Origin: Chrysomallon squamiferum | Lineage: Eukaryota > Animalia > Mollusca | Assembly: GCA_012295275.1 (NCBI GenBank) | Contig: CM022676.1 | Span: forward strand, 14,694,001-14,758,000 | Length of the DNA stretch: 64,000 bases | Reading direction: 5' to 3' | In this document: positions 38,401 to 53,274 of the stretch, piece after piece | Position numbering within the stretch: position 1 is the first letter of the stretch | Layout: every line of letters begins with the position of its first letter | Notes under the pieces: generated by a model | Seen by the model: only the letters and a program-made list of their open reading frames with translations | What the model was told of the DNA's origin: nothing | The model's database searches: none | Program-made: the position numbers and the translations under genes

Positions 38401-40335
38401 GAAATCTGGGTGACTTTCTAGAATGTTCTACATTATTTCAGCTGCAAGTCTTTATGTTGAGTTTCTCAACAAACACAAAGATCCCTGTAAAACCAGGAAT
38501 AGCAAATTATTTAAACATCTTTACATGAGCAAGTCCTTGATTATCATCTAAAACTTTATTAACATAACCACTTCTAAACAAACATGTTAATAAAGTTATA
38601 ACAAAACATTTTCCAGTACCATGACTACTTATAACTTTGTTTTTAAAAATTAACAATATCCTTTTTTTGAACTAACTATAACTCTTATACTAATATCTTA
38701 ACATGTCAATAATGAAGTGTAATAATATAGTGTTATTAACTGTTTATACTTTGTACTTAATAAATCATACACAGCAATATATAGGAAAATGTATTTTCAG
38801 AACATTTTACAATGACACAAAATAGTAATAAAATAGTATTTATTTAAATGTTCAAACTATTTCAAATGGTAAAATTCGTATAATTACATTACCTAGTAGC
38901 ATTTGCTGACAAAGATAGGAGTGATGACATCGGCAGCAACATCACACAACAACAACACCAATGTGAAATCTTTTAGACCAATGGCATGTTGAAGTATATT
39001 TGCACATTGAGAATTCTAAAATAGTAAATATCATTTAAAAATAAATAAAAACATTAGTATATAGCTATATTTGTTTACAAATGGTAAAATGTTGAAGTGT
39101 GTGTGGATATTAAGAATTCAGCAATAGTAAATATTGCAGTTATTTTGTTCTTGATGTAAAATCATGTGATGGCAAGCTGACAAACTGTACAGAGATCAGT
39201 GTTTCTAAATTATTAAAAAAAATATTTTTATTTGTATTTTAATTTTATTTTTTGGACCAAAATATACAGAACCATTACAGTTCCTCATTTCTAAATAACA
39301 AATAATTTAACTAAATGTTTTATCTTGCTATAATGTCAGGTAAAATGTATGGACACTGATCAAATAAAATAAAGAATCATTAATTTAAAACTATTATAAA
39401 AATGTAAACATTATTTTTAGCATGATTCATTAATCATATAATATTATTTAATAAATTTAACAGTCTGAGATAAAATAATGATTGGAATTACTATTATAAT
39501 TTCATCTTTAAAGAATTATTCATAAAGAAATTATTTATTTGATTCGTATTTGATTTTCATAGTTAAACCACTATAACTGTATATTACCTTGCTGATAAAA
39601 CTGACATTACATTTTGTCCTCAATAGGGCCTCCTGCACTTTCTGATCACTGATCTCTAGAACACCATAAATCAAATACTGAAAGTAAAATTTGGAATTAA
39701 AATAATAATAATAATAATAATAATGATAATAGTAATAATGATAATGAAAATAACAATAATAATAATACTACTAACAATAATAGTAATAATGTGTGTGAGT
39801 GTGAATGTGTATGTATATAAAAGATTGTCAGTTATAAAAAAATAATAACATCAACAATAAAGAAAGAACCTGTGAAACAAATGAGATAAGTAAGTAGCTA
39901 AATAAGTACATGCATAGCAATGAATGAAATAAGAAAATAAGCAGAAAACTAAATAAATAAATACCCACAATGCATCAGTTTTTTATTTCAGACAGCAGAT
40001 GCAGATTTCTTTTTTAAATTAGCCATATATTGAAAATTGTATTTTTAAAATTATTATATCTTTTAATAATCAGTATTTAGTTTAATCAAGGTGGAAAAAT
40101 AGTCAAATATAAATCATGTAAACACAAAATCACTGCCTCAAACAAATACTGATTATGTATACTGATCAGTATACTGCTAAATGTTAACATTCTCATTCCA
40201 CATGTGTCAGTTTTAAATATCATTTAGTATTCACAGTTACTTACCTCCAACAATGGAAATCAAATACAAATATGAGTATTCAAGATTAAGTAATAAATAT
40301 TAATGTTATGAAAATGAGTACAGGGCAGGACTTAC

Positions 40336-41270
40336 AGGGTCTGGAGATTCACAAACTACTGATGTCTGCCTGGTCTGTTCCCCTCTCACTCAATTCATCA
40401 TCATCATCATCAAGTTCGGTTCCAGTGTTGACAGCCAGTAACTGTAATCATTCTGTGATGATTTGCTGCACATTGTTGATGTTGCAGAACATAAAAACAT
40501 GGTAGTAAATCTTCTGAAACAGCTGACAGCACTACCTGCAGTGTAATGTTTATTTTTTTACTGTTAGAACAGATTTGTTCTGTTTGTTTGTAAAACTTTA
40601 ACAACCTTCTCATTCATTAAATTTATGTCCTGAGAAAAGCTAAAAATTTAAAAACAGTTTAAAGAAAAATACATTTAAATAATCAAAAACTTTTATTTTC
40701 AGTACTTTCAATATAAGATTCCTTTTTTTTCTTTGTCTATAACATTTTTGTAGTGTTTGTCTGAAGATTACGAATAAAAAATATAAATAATAAAACATAA
40801 AAAGGTATAGCTGTTTAACACACATCTGGTTCTCCTGTTTAAAACCATGAAACAATAAAATATACATTTTTAAGTGAAAAAATAAATATAAATTTCATTT
40901 AACACTTTAAAGGTCAATGCTATCTTTGGATATAAAACATGTTACAGTTTGGTTAATGCTGGAAACTAATAGTATTAGTAGTATCATTAGAAAACTGATA
41001 ACTATCTACAATTTATGTCAGATCTGGTTATTTGTTTATTTCATATAACATGATATATCTTGTTGCTGAGGGAAACCAGATTTCCCTTGGGCACCTTTAA
41101 GACCAGTTAAGCCATTAAGACCTGGATCTCCATAGTTACCTCTTTCACCTGGAAATGATGTTCTATCTGGATCACAAGGTGTTCCTGGATCAACATGATA
41201 TTTTTAAAAATAAAACAAATATATATATTTTTTTTTGAGGTTCAGATGGATTTCCTGGGATAAAGTTTCG
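40336..41270 (-). pseudogene. COL4A: Decayed type IV collagen fragment, copy B (Gly-X-Y remnants plus one NC1 exon)
   Basis: 41195-41069 reads DPGTPCDPDRTSFPGERGNYGDPGLNGLTGLKGAQGKSGFP (Gly-X-Y with several Gly substituted). Exon 40535-40336 reads GSAVSCFRRFTTM/MFCNINNV/SKSSQNDYSYWLSTLEP..VVCESPDP. DNA at 40150-40680 is paralogous to 14695-15195. Confidence 0.85.
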
Positions 41271-41860
41271 CTATGAATTAATTTAAATATTTAAAACAGT
41301 TAGGATTGTTTCATTTGTGTTTTATTGTTTTCGATAAAAAACAACAAAGTATAATTTTAAAAGCCAGTACCTGCTGAAAGTGTGAGTAGCTGGATGTAAG
41401 TGAAGATTTTATAACAAAGCTGGGATTCTTCCTCGAGTTTGTTCAGACTGTAGTCAGCTGATGTTTGACCAGACATCTTCAGAGTCAGGTAGACTTATAG
41501 TGTCTCACGCCAGAGAACTGTGTGAAATAACTAAAATATATGATATACTGAAATTTATAAAATATGTATACTTAACTTATTAAAGTGAATTATTTGTGAA
41601 TAAAAAACATGACCCAAAAGATGTTAAATGTTTATCATTGATAATAACAATAATAAAAGCGCTGCAATGAACAAAGCAGAGAGAACTTGTATTTCTTTTT
41701 CTAATCATTAGTGTATTTTGTATATAAGCACCAGTTAATTTGTAATTTTTCCTTCATTTTTAAAAAGGACTAATGTACTAAACATTACATTTGAATGTGT
41801 ATGTGTGTCTGCTTATACTTTTCATTTTTTTGTTTTTTTGTTTTAAATAACATTACTCAG

Positions 41861-42801
41861 AACAAACTCATAGCGTTATTGAAGCATTTCAAACTGAATG
41901 GGATAACTTAGAGAGATAGAAAAAAATCAGGCAGAAGAAAATGTAACTCACAGTTTTACATGTGAAAACAGAGAAAGGATAGTTCAGTTTTTGCAGCATT
42001 TTCCTCAAGCCTATGACTAATTTTGCTTGAGTGAGTCCCAGGATTCAAAGGCAGTGATTTGAAAATACTGTCTGCATGTGAGACTAACACTATACTTTGG
42101 AGGGTTTAGCAGACTGCCATTACACTGGGTAAGAATTCATTTGAATAATGAGTAATTTTTGTAACAGATTAAGTGATATTTACCATAATCTCTTCTGAAA
42201 CATTTATAAAGGAGTAAATATAATTTTAATCATATAGTTTCATTTCTTATATTAATTGATTTTATATTATAGGATGCATTTGTTTGTCATTTTAACTTTT
42301 GTTTTTATATTTATTTTTAAGAAAAAGCTAACTGTGTTCTTTAGGGTTACTTCTCAGTTTTATGTCACTGAAACTGATTTTTAGTCGTTTCTAGGTTATC
42401 ATTTATCAATGTGTATAAAATACATGTTCCTTTTATTTTCCGAAAACAGATCTGTGCTGGCAATGCAAACGGTGAAAAGATACACCAAACTTCCAGTCTT
42501 CCAGCAGAAGAGGAAACGACAATGTTTGGAAAGCAATTTGAGTATCTACAGACTGTGGAAGCAGAAAGAAAATTTTATAACAGTTTGGTTGAAAAATGTA
42601 AAATTGTAATTTGTGAAGCTGGTATAACCTGACTCGGTCAACATCTTCCCAGTTCTTTTCCTGGGACTCACCCCTTTGGTTTAGCTTTGTACAGCAAGTT
42701 CACATTCCAGACAGCGAGAACCAGTTTACTTGCTTGTGTCAAGTAAATGTGGAATTTTTAAAATGTGTTCCAAAACTCAGTGTGAATAAATCTATCAGCT
42801 G
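41861..42801 (+). mobile_element. Intron-containing DNA transposase remnant, Sola/DUF7869-like (exons ~41861-42128 and ~42395-42801)
   Basis: Translates with lesions to RIVQFLQHF..VPGFKGSDLKILSACET..LWRV / PKTDLCWQC..YLQTVEAERKFYNSLVEKCK..FVQQVHIP..KCGIF. This resembles the recalled LPGRVPG.K / KP.TDLC..C / SFDFAQQVH.P / KC.IFG.C motif series. Confidence 0.65.
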
Positions 42802-42964
42802 GTGAGTCAGTTTTTCTATTAATTAATTAATTTATTTAATTGTTTTGTATTGATGTATTTGCTTTTTGTTTCTTATTGTGTGTGCTATATTTTATATTAT
42901 TATTGTTTGAACTGTTATGTGCTTCTGTTATTTTATGTTATATTTTTGAGTTTATTTAATCACA

Positions 42965-43046
<82 letters not shown>

Positions 43047-43810
43047 GGTGTGACTATTTTGAATACTTCTTATGTTTAAGTGTTCGCTTTATTTCGATAC
43101 AACAAAGACATAGGATTGCTTAACTCGAAGTACGTAGGACACTGGTTACTATATTTATCTTCACATAATCTTTCATAATAGTCTACTGTAGTAATGAATC
43201 CACAGAAGTTTAGTAAAGTACAGAAAACTTGATTCAGAATGTCTGAAACAGTTCTCGAGTGTGGTGCTCTCTCTAATACGGGGGAAATTAACGCATAACC
43301 CCGACCTCGGAAATCGACGTTTGATTTTTTCTCTCCACATCTTAACGGTAATAACTGTTATATTTTACCAATGATCAAAATTCCTTGTAGTTAAATATGT
43401 TCGTTTTACACAACCACTAACTAAAGGCTGACCGCTGTGCATTAATTACTAGCTGATAAAGTTTGTTTTGTATAATGCAGTCATGCTTCCGGGTTCAGTT
43501 CGGGAGACATGTTTTCTCCAGTAATTCATGAAACATGGTTAACATTAAAATCTAAAAACATTTTGTATACATTTTTGGCGTTGTTCAGCTATTACTCGTC
43601 ATATATTGGCTATATTCCGAATTTGAATTTTAAAATTAATTAATTTTTAAACATAATCCAGATTGATAATTATATATAATCAGGAAAACTGGTCACATGT
43701 ATTTTTTATATAAGTAAACAAATAAACAAGAACAATTTAGATGTTTTGGACGGAGTTTGATATAGTGTTCTTTTAACAGGACTAAAGAAATCAGTTTTAC
43801 TACTGTAAGG

Positions 43811-43879
<69 letters not shown>

Positions 43880-46800
43880 TTTGTCATTCTTAAATAAATT
43901 AATTGTATGTAGAATAATACAATTTATTTACTTTGCTTTGGTTCGACATGAAAAAAAATTAACTTTCATCTATACTTAGATAAATTATGTTTGCTTACCT
44001 TTTAGATATGAAACTAATAACTGTTATTTGTTTCATTTATATGCTTTCTTTTCTTGATGTGTGTAAGAAATAAAAATGTGTGTGTGTTTATTAGTATGTG
44101 TCAATTGTGACTTTCTTTGGTCTGAAAATGTTAATGAAGCTGTGTAAATCTTAACTTAGAGAATTATAATTTGATTTAGATATATTTGTTGATGTCTCTA
44201 AACTATTATAAACTTGAGCTTATAAGTAAAAGACTGTTTTTTGTTGTAAGTTATTTTAACACTATTAACAGAACACTACTTTATCACACTCTAGTGTTGA
44301 TTGTTTTCTGATAAGAAGAAAGAAAGACTAGTGCAGTTTATGGAATGTGACACAGACACTCAAATAACAGCTGTTAATTAAGGAGATGTAAGTGAAGTAA
44401 AAATGTGAAATGCAGTATATAGCTGAGGTAAAACGTTTGAAATTGTTTTCATTTTATGTGTAGTTTTCTGTTTAAGAAATGTCACCAGTGGAATCTTTAT
44501 GAACATACTCTTTTCTGATTTTTATTTTTTACAACTTTTATTTTTTATTCACTCAGATGCAGACAGTTGTATAGCAGCAGCAGGCTTCATCGGTGACATC
44601 GGCAGTTAATGTGATACAGTGTCCTGATCAGACAACAACTGCATTGCAAGCAGCCAGTGTCATTCAGTCCCAACCACTTGTACAGCAACCAGCAGCATCA
44701 GTGACATTGTTATTGTAACTGACACACCTGATATGTGATTTCTGAAAGAAATTAGGATAAAACAGACAAAGTTTGTTTGTGCTGGATAATGTAAACAGCA
44801 AACCAGTGGAGTTTAGAAGAAGGTGAGCTAAAATATTAATTTTTGTTATAGAACTTTATTATATTTTTAATTTATATGACTCTAGCTTAATAATAAAACT
44901 TTCTTGTATTTGTAAGGTTTCTATTTAGTGATAAAACCTTCTTATTTATTAGTCACAGGTCTGATTTCAATTATCTTCACAAAAGTTTATACATAAATAC
45001 TAAGTTATCATATTGTTTATAGCTTACTAATATCAGAAATCTTTAAAAGAAATGACAGTCTTAAAATGAATTTGTTATTTTATATGTGTAAGACTTTTAC
45101 TTTTCTCTGGTTTGTTTTAAAATGTAAAAAGTAAAATGTGTCATGACCAGTCTGAGATGGCAATTACATTAGTGAAATAATTATTTTAACTGGGGAATAA
45201 TAATAAAATAAGAGTAATTCCTACCCCCCAAAATCATAAATTATCACATTAAATAACAAGTTATCTCCCCTTAGACTAGCTTCATAAATTAGTACATGTA
45301 AGTAGCATGTAAATACATTTATTTAATAAAAATGACTGCAGTAAATACTTTAGAAATGTAATGACTGGATTAAAATGTTTAGTATTGATAATTATTGTTA
45401 ATCAGTTAAGACATTTTAAAAACAAAGTGGAAAAAAACAATAATAATAAAATGATGATTTCCAGGTTTCAAACTGTTTTGCTATCTTACCTATGTAATAG
45501 TAATAATAATAATTTATTTTTATAAAATATTAATTTAGATAAATGATGATAAAATTTCTACATATTAATGATATTGTCAAAGATCTTACGACTACAAGGC
45601 TGAATGTTTACAATTTGTTTGTAACAAAACAAAAACACATTTCAGAACTTAACTTTGAAGACTGTTCTTACTCACAGGAAACTGATGATTTTGACTCAGT
45701 TTCTCAGCTAACTCACTAAATGATTGTTTTCATTTTCGACAGCATAACCACAGGGTCAAAATGACCTATGTCATTAACATTTAATGTAGATATATTTTTT
45801 ATTATTTAATCTGTCATCTGTGTAAGACTTCAGATAAATGCACAAATAATTGAATATTTTTGCAATTATATAATCATGCATGTTTCTTACTATAATATAT
45901 ATATGACAATAATTGAATACTAGGAATGGGCAAGACATATTTGTAACATTTTTAATATTATCAATTTTTTTTTCACAGTGCTTGTTTATTTTATTTTATT
46001 TTATTTTTTTTGTTTTCTCATTATTATTATTATTTTTATTTTTATTGTTCGTGCGTTCTTTTTCTGTTTTTTTGTTCTTGTTTTTTTCTGATAATGTACA
46101 ATGCTGTATTTTAACATTCATTTTGTTTTACTTTTTTATTTTTATTTTTATTAGCATGTATTAGTTGTGTTATTCATTACACTGTATGTCTTCAGGTCTT
46201 TATAATAAAGAAAGAAAGAAAGAACGAACGAAAAATAGAAATAGATAAATAAAAAGAAATAAGTGTAGTAGATAAATAATTAATAATTTAAAACAAAAAT
46301 ACTAAAATGATCAGTATAAGTATTAGGATTTGAACATTTTTGTTGTATATACATACATATATGTATATACATATAAAGGTGTAATAAAGGTGGTATTTGT
46401 CACATCGGTAGTTGGATCGCTTTGACTCAGAATATGTACAAATAAAAGAGTGTCCCACATTTTGTAATTCACCATTACACTGCATTTTTCACGATCCGAG
46501 GTATAATGTTTCTTGTCGCCAGTACTATTAACACACTATCTTTATCTGACCTAAATACAGACACTTGTTAGTTATAGGTTTAACATCAGTATACTGTATT
46601 AGAAATGCATATAAATACTTCACAGACAAAATAAGTAATGGCAAATTATATAACTCTTTGTTTCTGTAACAGGTTGAAAATATGCATGTTACATTACGCT
46701 TCACAATTTATACGTATAAAAAGATGTGCATACATCTACCGTCACACGCATTTCGAGTTGTAGGACATCATATTTCAGTCTCGTGTTTATCAGCAGACAC

Positions 46801-47003
46801 GTTTATTAACATCGACACACAGAAATCATTTCAGTGACGTGTTGTCAGCTCTAGTAAAACCACTCACAAACAAGGACGTATTTTGTGTAAGCAGACAGCC
46901 ATTTTGAGATTTGAAGGTAGTTTGCATTTCATTGTGATTTAATATATACTGTGCTATTATTTACTTAAAATATATCAGCAATACTGAACATGTAATATGT
47001 TTT

Positions 47004-47034
<31 letters not shown>

Positions 47035-47567
47035 GATTCCTCACATCAGTGATCTATAGAAAAACCTTCAAACAGCAATTATTCCCTTCTACGAAATTCT
47101 CGACCAGGAAGTTTTTAAAGGTAAGCAGCCATATTGTAAACAGTGAGTGCGATTGTGTGTTTGTGTTTGAATAACATTACTTATAAAACGATTTGCAAAT
47201 ATTTTGTCCAGAAATTATATATTCTTAACCGGGAGGTAAAGGTTTCTTCAAGAAATAAAATCATTCCACTCCAAAAAAGCTCAACTCCATAAGCATTAAT
47301 CTTAAAGCATGAATAAATAAATTAGTAATAGTAGTAGTTATAATAATAGCCATAGATGTAATAGTAGAAGTCCCAGTAGTAATTGTAGTAGAAGTAGTAG
47401 TAGATGTTTTAGTAATAGAAATAGTAGTAGTTGTTGTTTTCTTAAACACATTCCATTATCATCACCATTATCATAACCATCATTCTAATATAGTCGTATG
47501 TACTTTTAATTGCTTATTCTATATTTTTTCCTCTCTGTTATTTTATTTTATTTTATTTTATTTTATT

Positions 47568-47606
<39 letters not shown>

Positions 47607-48236
47607 TTTGTTTGTTTGTTTGTTAGTTTCTTATTGGTTAAGATCTGTGTTGTGATGACATTAAGGTTAGGGTGATAGTTCAGACGGTATTAGGATAATA
47701 ATACACTTTGAGATCAAATTATGATGATGTTTATCAGTGGTTCAGATGGATAGATGTAGAGATAGGATTCAGGTAAGTAATATCACAAACGTTGTATTTA
47801 GAGTTAATTCAGGTTTCGTATTAGTGTTGGTTTAAGATTAAATTTAACGTTAAGATTACTAATTCCTGTAAACAGTTTCATGTAAAAATAGTCTCATTTA
47901 TAAATAATATCCTGTTTAAAGACTATCCTGAATAAACACTATCCTGTACGATTCATCAATCTGTGAACGTGAAAAACCTGTTTTTAAACAACATTACAAC
48001 TAACTAAACACCCTCTTCTGCCAATCTCTTACAACCCTCTTTGTTTCTGCAATGACATATTTTCTACACCATTTATGTTCACCCTGTAGCGCTCTGTTTA
48101 TTTGTATTGTCAATAAATATCTTAATTCTGAACCAGACTGTGAAAAACGTTACTATGAATGAAAGTGTCCTAAAGGCTAGTATGAATAATATAAGTTATA
48201 ACTTCGTTTGTTTTTATAGTTTTCTATTTTTTATTT

Positions 48237-48316
<80 letters not shown>

Positions 48317-49491
48317 TTATTTTTTAATTTTTATTTTTTTGTTGTTTTTTTTATTTTTATTTTTATATATATATATATATATATATTCACTGGTTTATAT
48401 CGTGATGGTTCTTCATATCTCTTTACAACAGTACACAGTTTCAAGACGTAATTGTTTAAAATAGGAAATTTGTTAATAATAATAGCATCTAAACCAATTA
48501 AAAAGAGAAAAACTAGTATATTGCTTAAAGAGAGCCAATGGTTGATACATGTTACCCTGTTCATCCAATCGTCTATATAAAATACCACTTCCTGCTAATT
48601 GGAAAGAAGTAGACTTGATGTGGGGACTGCAGATTTACTCTCATTTTATTTCACCAGTCTTTAAAACAGCAAGTTTTTCACACACAAATCAGTAAACAAA
48701 ATGTGTTTACAGTGTCGTTAATTAAAATATTTACTTCACCCTGCCTTCCTTCTTTATTTTATTTTTTCTCTTTTTGTCATTTCTTCATTCTTCCCTATCG
48801 TTTAATCTAACTTTCGTATTGGTTAGTTATCCGTTCCAACCTCTGCATAAAATGTTATTGCATTTGCTTTCACCTACAATGGCAAACATAAAAAAAAACA
48901 TTATCGCTGTTATAGTTGTAGATGTGACAAGCAAACTGATCATTACAGTTCGAGATTTTTTAAAGACACGAAAACTATAATGTAGACCCGGACTTGAAAA
49001 GTATGTTGTATGACAACGAAGTTTTACTTTCCACCAAATTTATTGAACAAGCCTATAAACACGTAATAATAATATTAGCTCGTAGAATTGTATTAATTTC
49101 TAATTTTGAGTTTGTTCGTTTGTTTTATCTGTTGGTAGTAATTTGCTGGTTATTGTGTTTGTCTTTATCGTCATTATTGAGATTATATATCTTCTCACAA
49201 TTTAAATAATTTCACACGTTTTCTATTTATTTCTACACTTATGCGCAGACACTGTATTAACAATGAATTTGTCAGATCGTTGTAAGTAACACCCAGCTAT
49301 AGCTTTGTTCTCGTGTGACACACTGTTTTTATCTGACCTACATAAGAAACAAACAATCACGTGTTAGCTGTATCTTGATAGACTGGTCACGTGAGTATCG
49401 TCAGAGAAATAAGACATGCACACGATAAAATTAGTATGCTGCTGCTACTGTTGTTGTTGTTTTTTTCTTCTTCTTCTTCTTCTTCTTCTTC

Positions 49492-49548
<57 letters not shown>

Positions 49549-50901
49549 TTACATCTGATTTATATGTGTATTATTCCCCAGAAAAAAAAAAAAAAATACT
49601 ATTCGTAATATGTAAATAAATACATTTGTAGCAGTAGTAACAATAATATTAGTGCCACTTGTAATGGTAGCAGTAGGTTTAATAGTGGAAGTGGCAGCTG
49701 CAGTAGTTGTAGTAGCAGCATAGGAGTAGCAGCCGTTGTTGCGAGAGTATTATTATTAGTTGTGTAAAAACGAATTCCATTATTATTGTTGTTCCTGTTG
49801 TTGTTGTTGTCATCGTCAGTATTATCATAATCGTCATCATTCTAATATAGTCCTATGAATTATTTGTAGCTTATGCCATATTGTTATCCTTCTGAATATT
49901 TAATTTTATTTATTTATTTATTTATATGCTCATTTTATTAATTAATTAGTTAATCCATTCTATTTATTTATTTATTTATTTATTGACATGATATCTCATT
50001 GATCAATAGTAGAATAATTAAACAGAAAGTACTCGCTTCTAAGAAATTACCGATCATAGTTGGCACCGATATAGTTCTAAACTAATTTGTTACACTTGTG
50101 TTTCCTCTTTTTCTTTTAAATGTGTGTTGTTGTTGTTGTTGTTGTTGTTGTTGTCGCTGTTGTTGTTTTTGTTTTTTATATACATTTTATAACATAAATG
50201 TAAACAATGTTATGTAATAGGACTACCTAAAATTAATAGTTCTGCTTTGAGATAAAATGTGTGTAAGATGAGTGTACATGTCTCGTAGCATGATTTGTTT
50301 ATTTTAATCTGACATTCAAACCAAAGAAGTGACACTTGATGACGTAAAGATATTTGACGTCAGTCACATGTTTATCAGTGCAGGAGTCTGATAACCAAAA
50401 GTAAACAAAGCAGAACTGAAACAAGTCGGCCATATTGAAAGCGAATGCTGTATTATATTGTACTATCGTTTAACGATTCGAGTGATCTTAGTTTGATTAT
50501 TTTTAGTTCTCTAACAAATACATCATTATAGTGTGAGGTGTTATTTTATGTTGACATGGAAAACGTTACGTAAAGCCTGACTTGAAAATGTGTTGTCAAA
50601 TAGCGAAATTGTATTTACAATTCTGGTGCATGAATCTTACGTATGAAGAATTTAATAATATTATTATCTAATGTTTTCTGTATTATTTTTCTATTTCCTT
50701 TGTATTTGGTTTATTGGAACTAATTCGGTTGTTGTTGTTGTGTTTATGTATGTAGTGTCCTTATTGAAATTATTTATCTTCTCACAATATAGACAAAGGC
50801 ACAATGTATTAACAGTGAATTTGTCACATCGTTCTAAATACCACAAGAGCATAAACATTTTAAACTTATCTTCAGTATATTTTTATTATTATTATTATTA
50901 T

Positions 50902-50939
<38 letters not shown>

Positions 50940-51554
50940 TTACTACTACCCCCATTACAACCCTTATTTAATAAGTTATTATTTATTGGCGGCTTTTGAT
51001 ATATGTTAGCTATTTTATTTTTAGATCGGTTATACCTGCGCTCTATAGTTGAGGTTAAACAGAAAGTAGTCGCGTATCCGGAATTATCGATCAGAAAGTT
51101 TTGAGGTAGGTATCCATATTGAAATTACAACTAATTTTATATTGTTTCTACTTTAGAAACATTGCATCGTCATCCTTTATTTTTCTTATTTTATTACCTT
51201 TTTCTCACATAATTTTTCTATTTAGATGTGTCATTGACGGATAATTTTGTTGTCTTTCGAGGAGTAAAATCGTATAAATAACCATAAGGACATTGCAATT
51301 TGAAAACCGTTTGTCCCACAATGAAATAGTATTTATCTGACTGTGACCAGACACGTCTGTTTATAATAATAATGATAATAATAATTAATGTTGTTGTCGT
51401 CGTCACCATCATACTAATCGCTAGTGTAAGCATAAACTATTTATTTTTATCTTTTATCGATTTGCTATATATTTATCTATCCTTTCTTTTTTCATTTTTT
51501 TTTTCACTAAGAATTGTTACAGTTCTGTCTGTACAATTTCTTTTTCCCTTTCTA

Positions 51555-51623
<69 letters not shown>

Positions 51624-51643
51624 CGTTTGTTTGTAGTGAAAAC

Positions 51644-51907
51644 ATGGCCACATCAGCTGAAATCACAAGTTGGCAGACAGGGAAGAAATTAACTCAGTGT
51701 ATTGAACACGTTTTTCGTACGAAAGCTGACAGTGATATCAGATTTCTAGTGGGAGAACATAAAACGACTATTGATGCGCATCGTTTCATACTCATGATTC
51801 GAAGCGAAGTTTTCCATCAAATGTTCTGTGGAGAACTTCGCGAACAGTCAAATATCAAAGTACCCGATGTGAAGGCAGAAATCTTCTCGGAATTTCTAAA
51901 GTATGTT

Positions 51908-51949
<42 letters not shown>

Positions 51950-53186
51950 AACACAAACTCAGACACAGACATACGAACACACGTAAGAACACAGTGAGGA
52001 AGAGAGACATACAGACAGACAGAAACGTTGATAACCATACAGTTTTTGTTAGTAATCTAATTATTTTCTAATTAATTGATCTCACTTAGTTATCTCACAT
52101 TTTAAAGTCTTACTCTACTTCTTTTACACAGATATCTTTATACGGATGACGTCGTCCTAACAGGCGACAACGTCACCGGTCTGCTGTATCTATCGAGGAA
52201 GTACATCATCACAACACTTGAAGATGAATGCACAAAATATTTGGAGTCGTCGTTGTCGTCACAGAATGCGTGCGTCGTGCTGGAACAAGCTCACCTGTTT
52301 GATGAACATGATCTAAGGAGAAAAAGTCTGGACTACATTTTGAAAAATGGCGACGAAGTTTTGAAGTCAGATGAAGTCACCGATCTTTGTCACGAATGTC
52401 TGGTTCAGATCGTACGATCAGACGAACTGACAGCAGACGAGAAAAATGTTTTGAAGCCGCTGTGAAGTGGGCTGACAGCGCGTGCAGGAAGCAAGGGAAG
52501 ACGACGAGTGAAAAAAACATGCGCGAAGCACTGGGAGAGGTCGTGAAGCACGTGCGTTATCCATTACTCGATCAGACGTATTTTGTAAAACACGTGACAC
52601 CCACTCACATACTCACTGAGACAGAAGAGTACAGAATTTTGAAACACTTGGCTTTGAGCAGTGATGAAGATGTTTCACCTTTTAACTCAAACATGAGAAC
52701 TGCAAACACCTTAAAATAAACAGGTTTACGTATAAACAGGTTTTGGAGTATTTGGTTGCTGGTTGTCAAGTTCTGGTGAAGTAGACGACGCCATTACTTT
52801 CTCTGTAAACAAAAACGCTTTACTTCGCGGATTTCAGTTGTACGGTTACGGTACACGAAACTACGACGTCAGCGCCTTCGTCACTGACACAAGAACAGAC
52901 GAAATACTGGACGGGTCTACACTGACACAGAGATATGAACACGTGTCTGTCGTGTATGACGTCGTGTTCAGACGTCCAGTGAAGATTACTAAAGACACTG
53001 AGTACAGCTTGTTTGTTAATGTTAAGGGAGGACGACTCATTGTGTGGAGTTGAAGGTGAATCAGAAATTGTTGTAGACTCTTTTGTTTGTAGATTTTCTG
53101 ACTCACACAAATCTAAACACAGTGACAGACAACTTCGTACAGGTGTGACAGAAGGACAAATACCTGCTTTGTTATTTTTAGTGTAA
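51644..53186 (+). pseudogene. BTB-BACK-PHR gene copy 3, frameshifted; exons 51644-51900 and 52132-53186
   Basis: Same exon structure as copy 2 and highly similar to it. Lesions: 1 nt deletion in a T run (52449-52452); TAA at 52717-52719 with a frame change before 52763; a further frame change near 53030-53041. The homologous stop is at 53184-53186. Confidence 0.85.
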
Positions 53187-53239
53187 AAAACAACATCGTT
53201 CAAACACTGTCACTTTTAGTCATCACTGGACTCATATTT

Positions 53240-53274
<35 letters not shown>

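Noticed and set aside
40308-40613. ORFs 40308-40505 and 40410-40613, first read as a P-element-like transposase tail
   Set aside because: Another minus-strand frame gives clear collagen IV NC1 motifs with matching splice sites.
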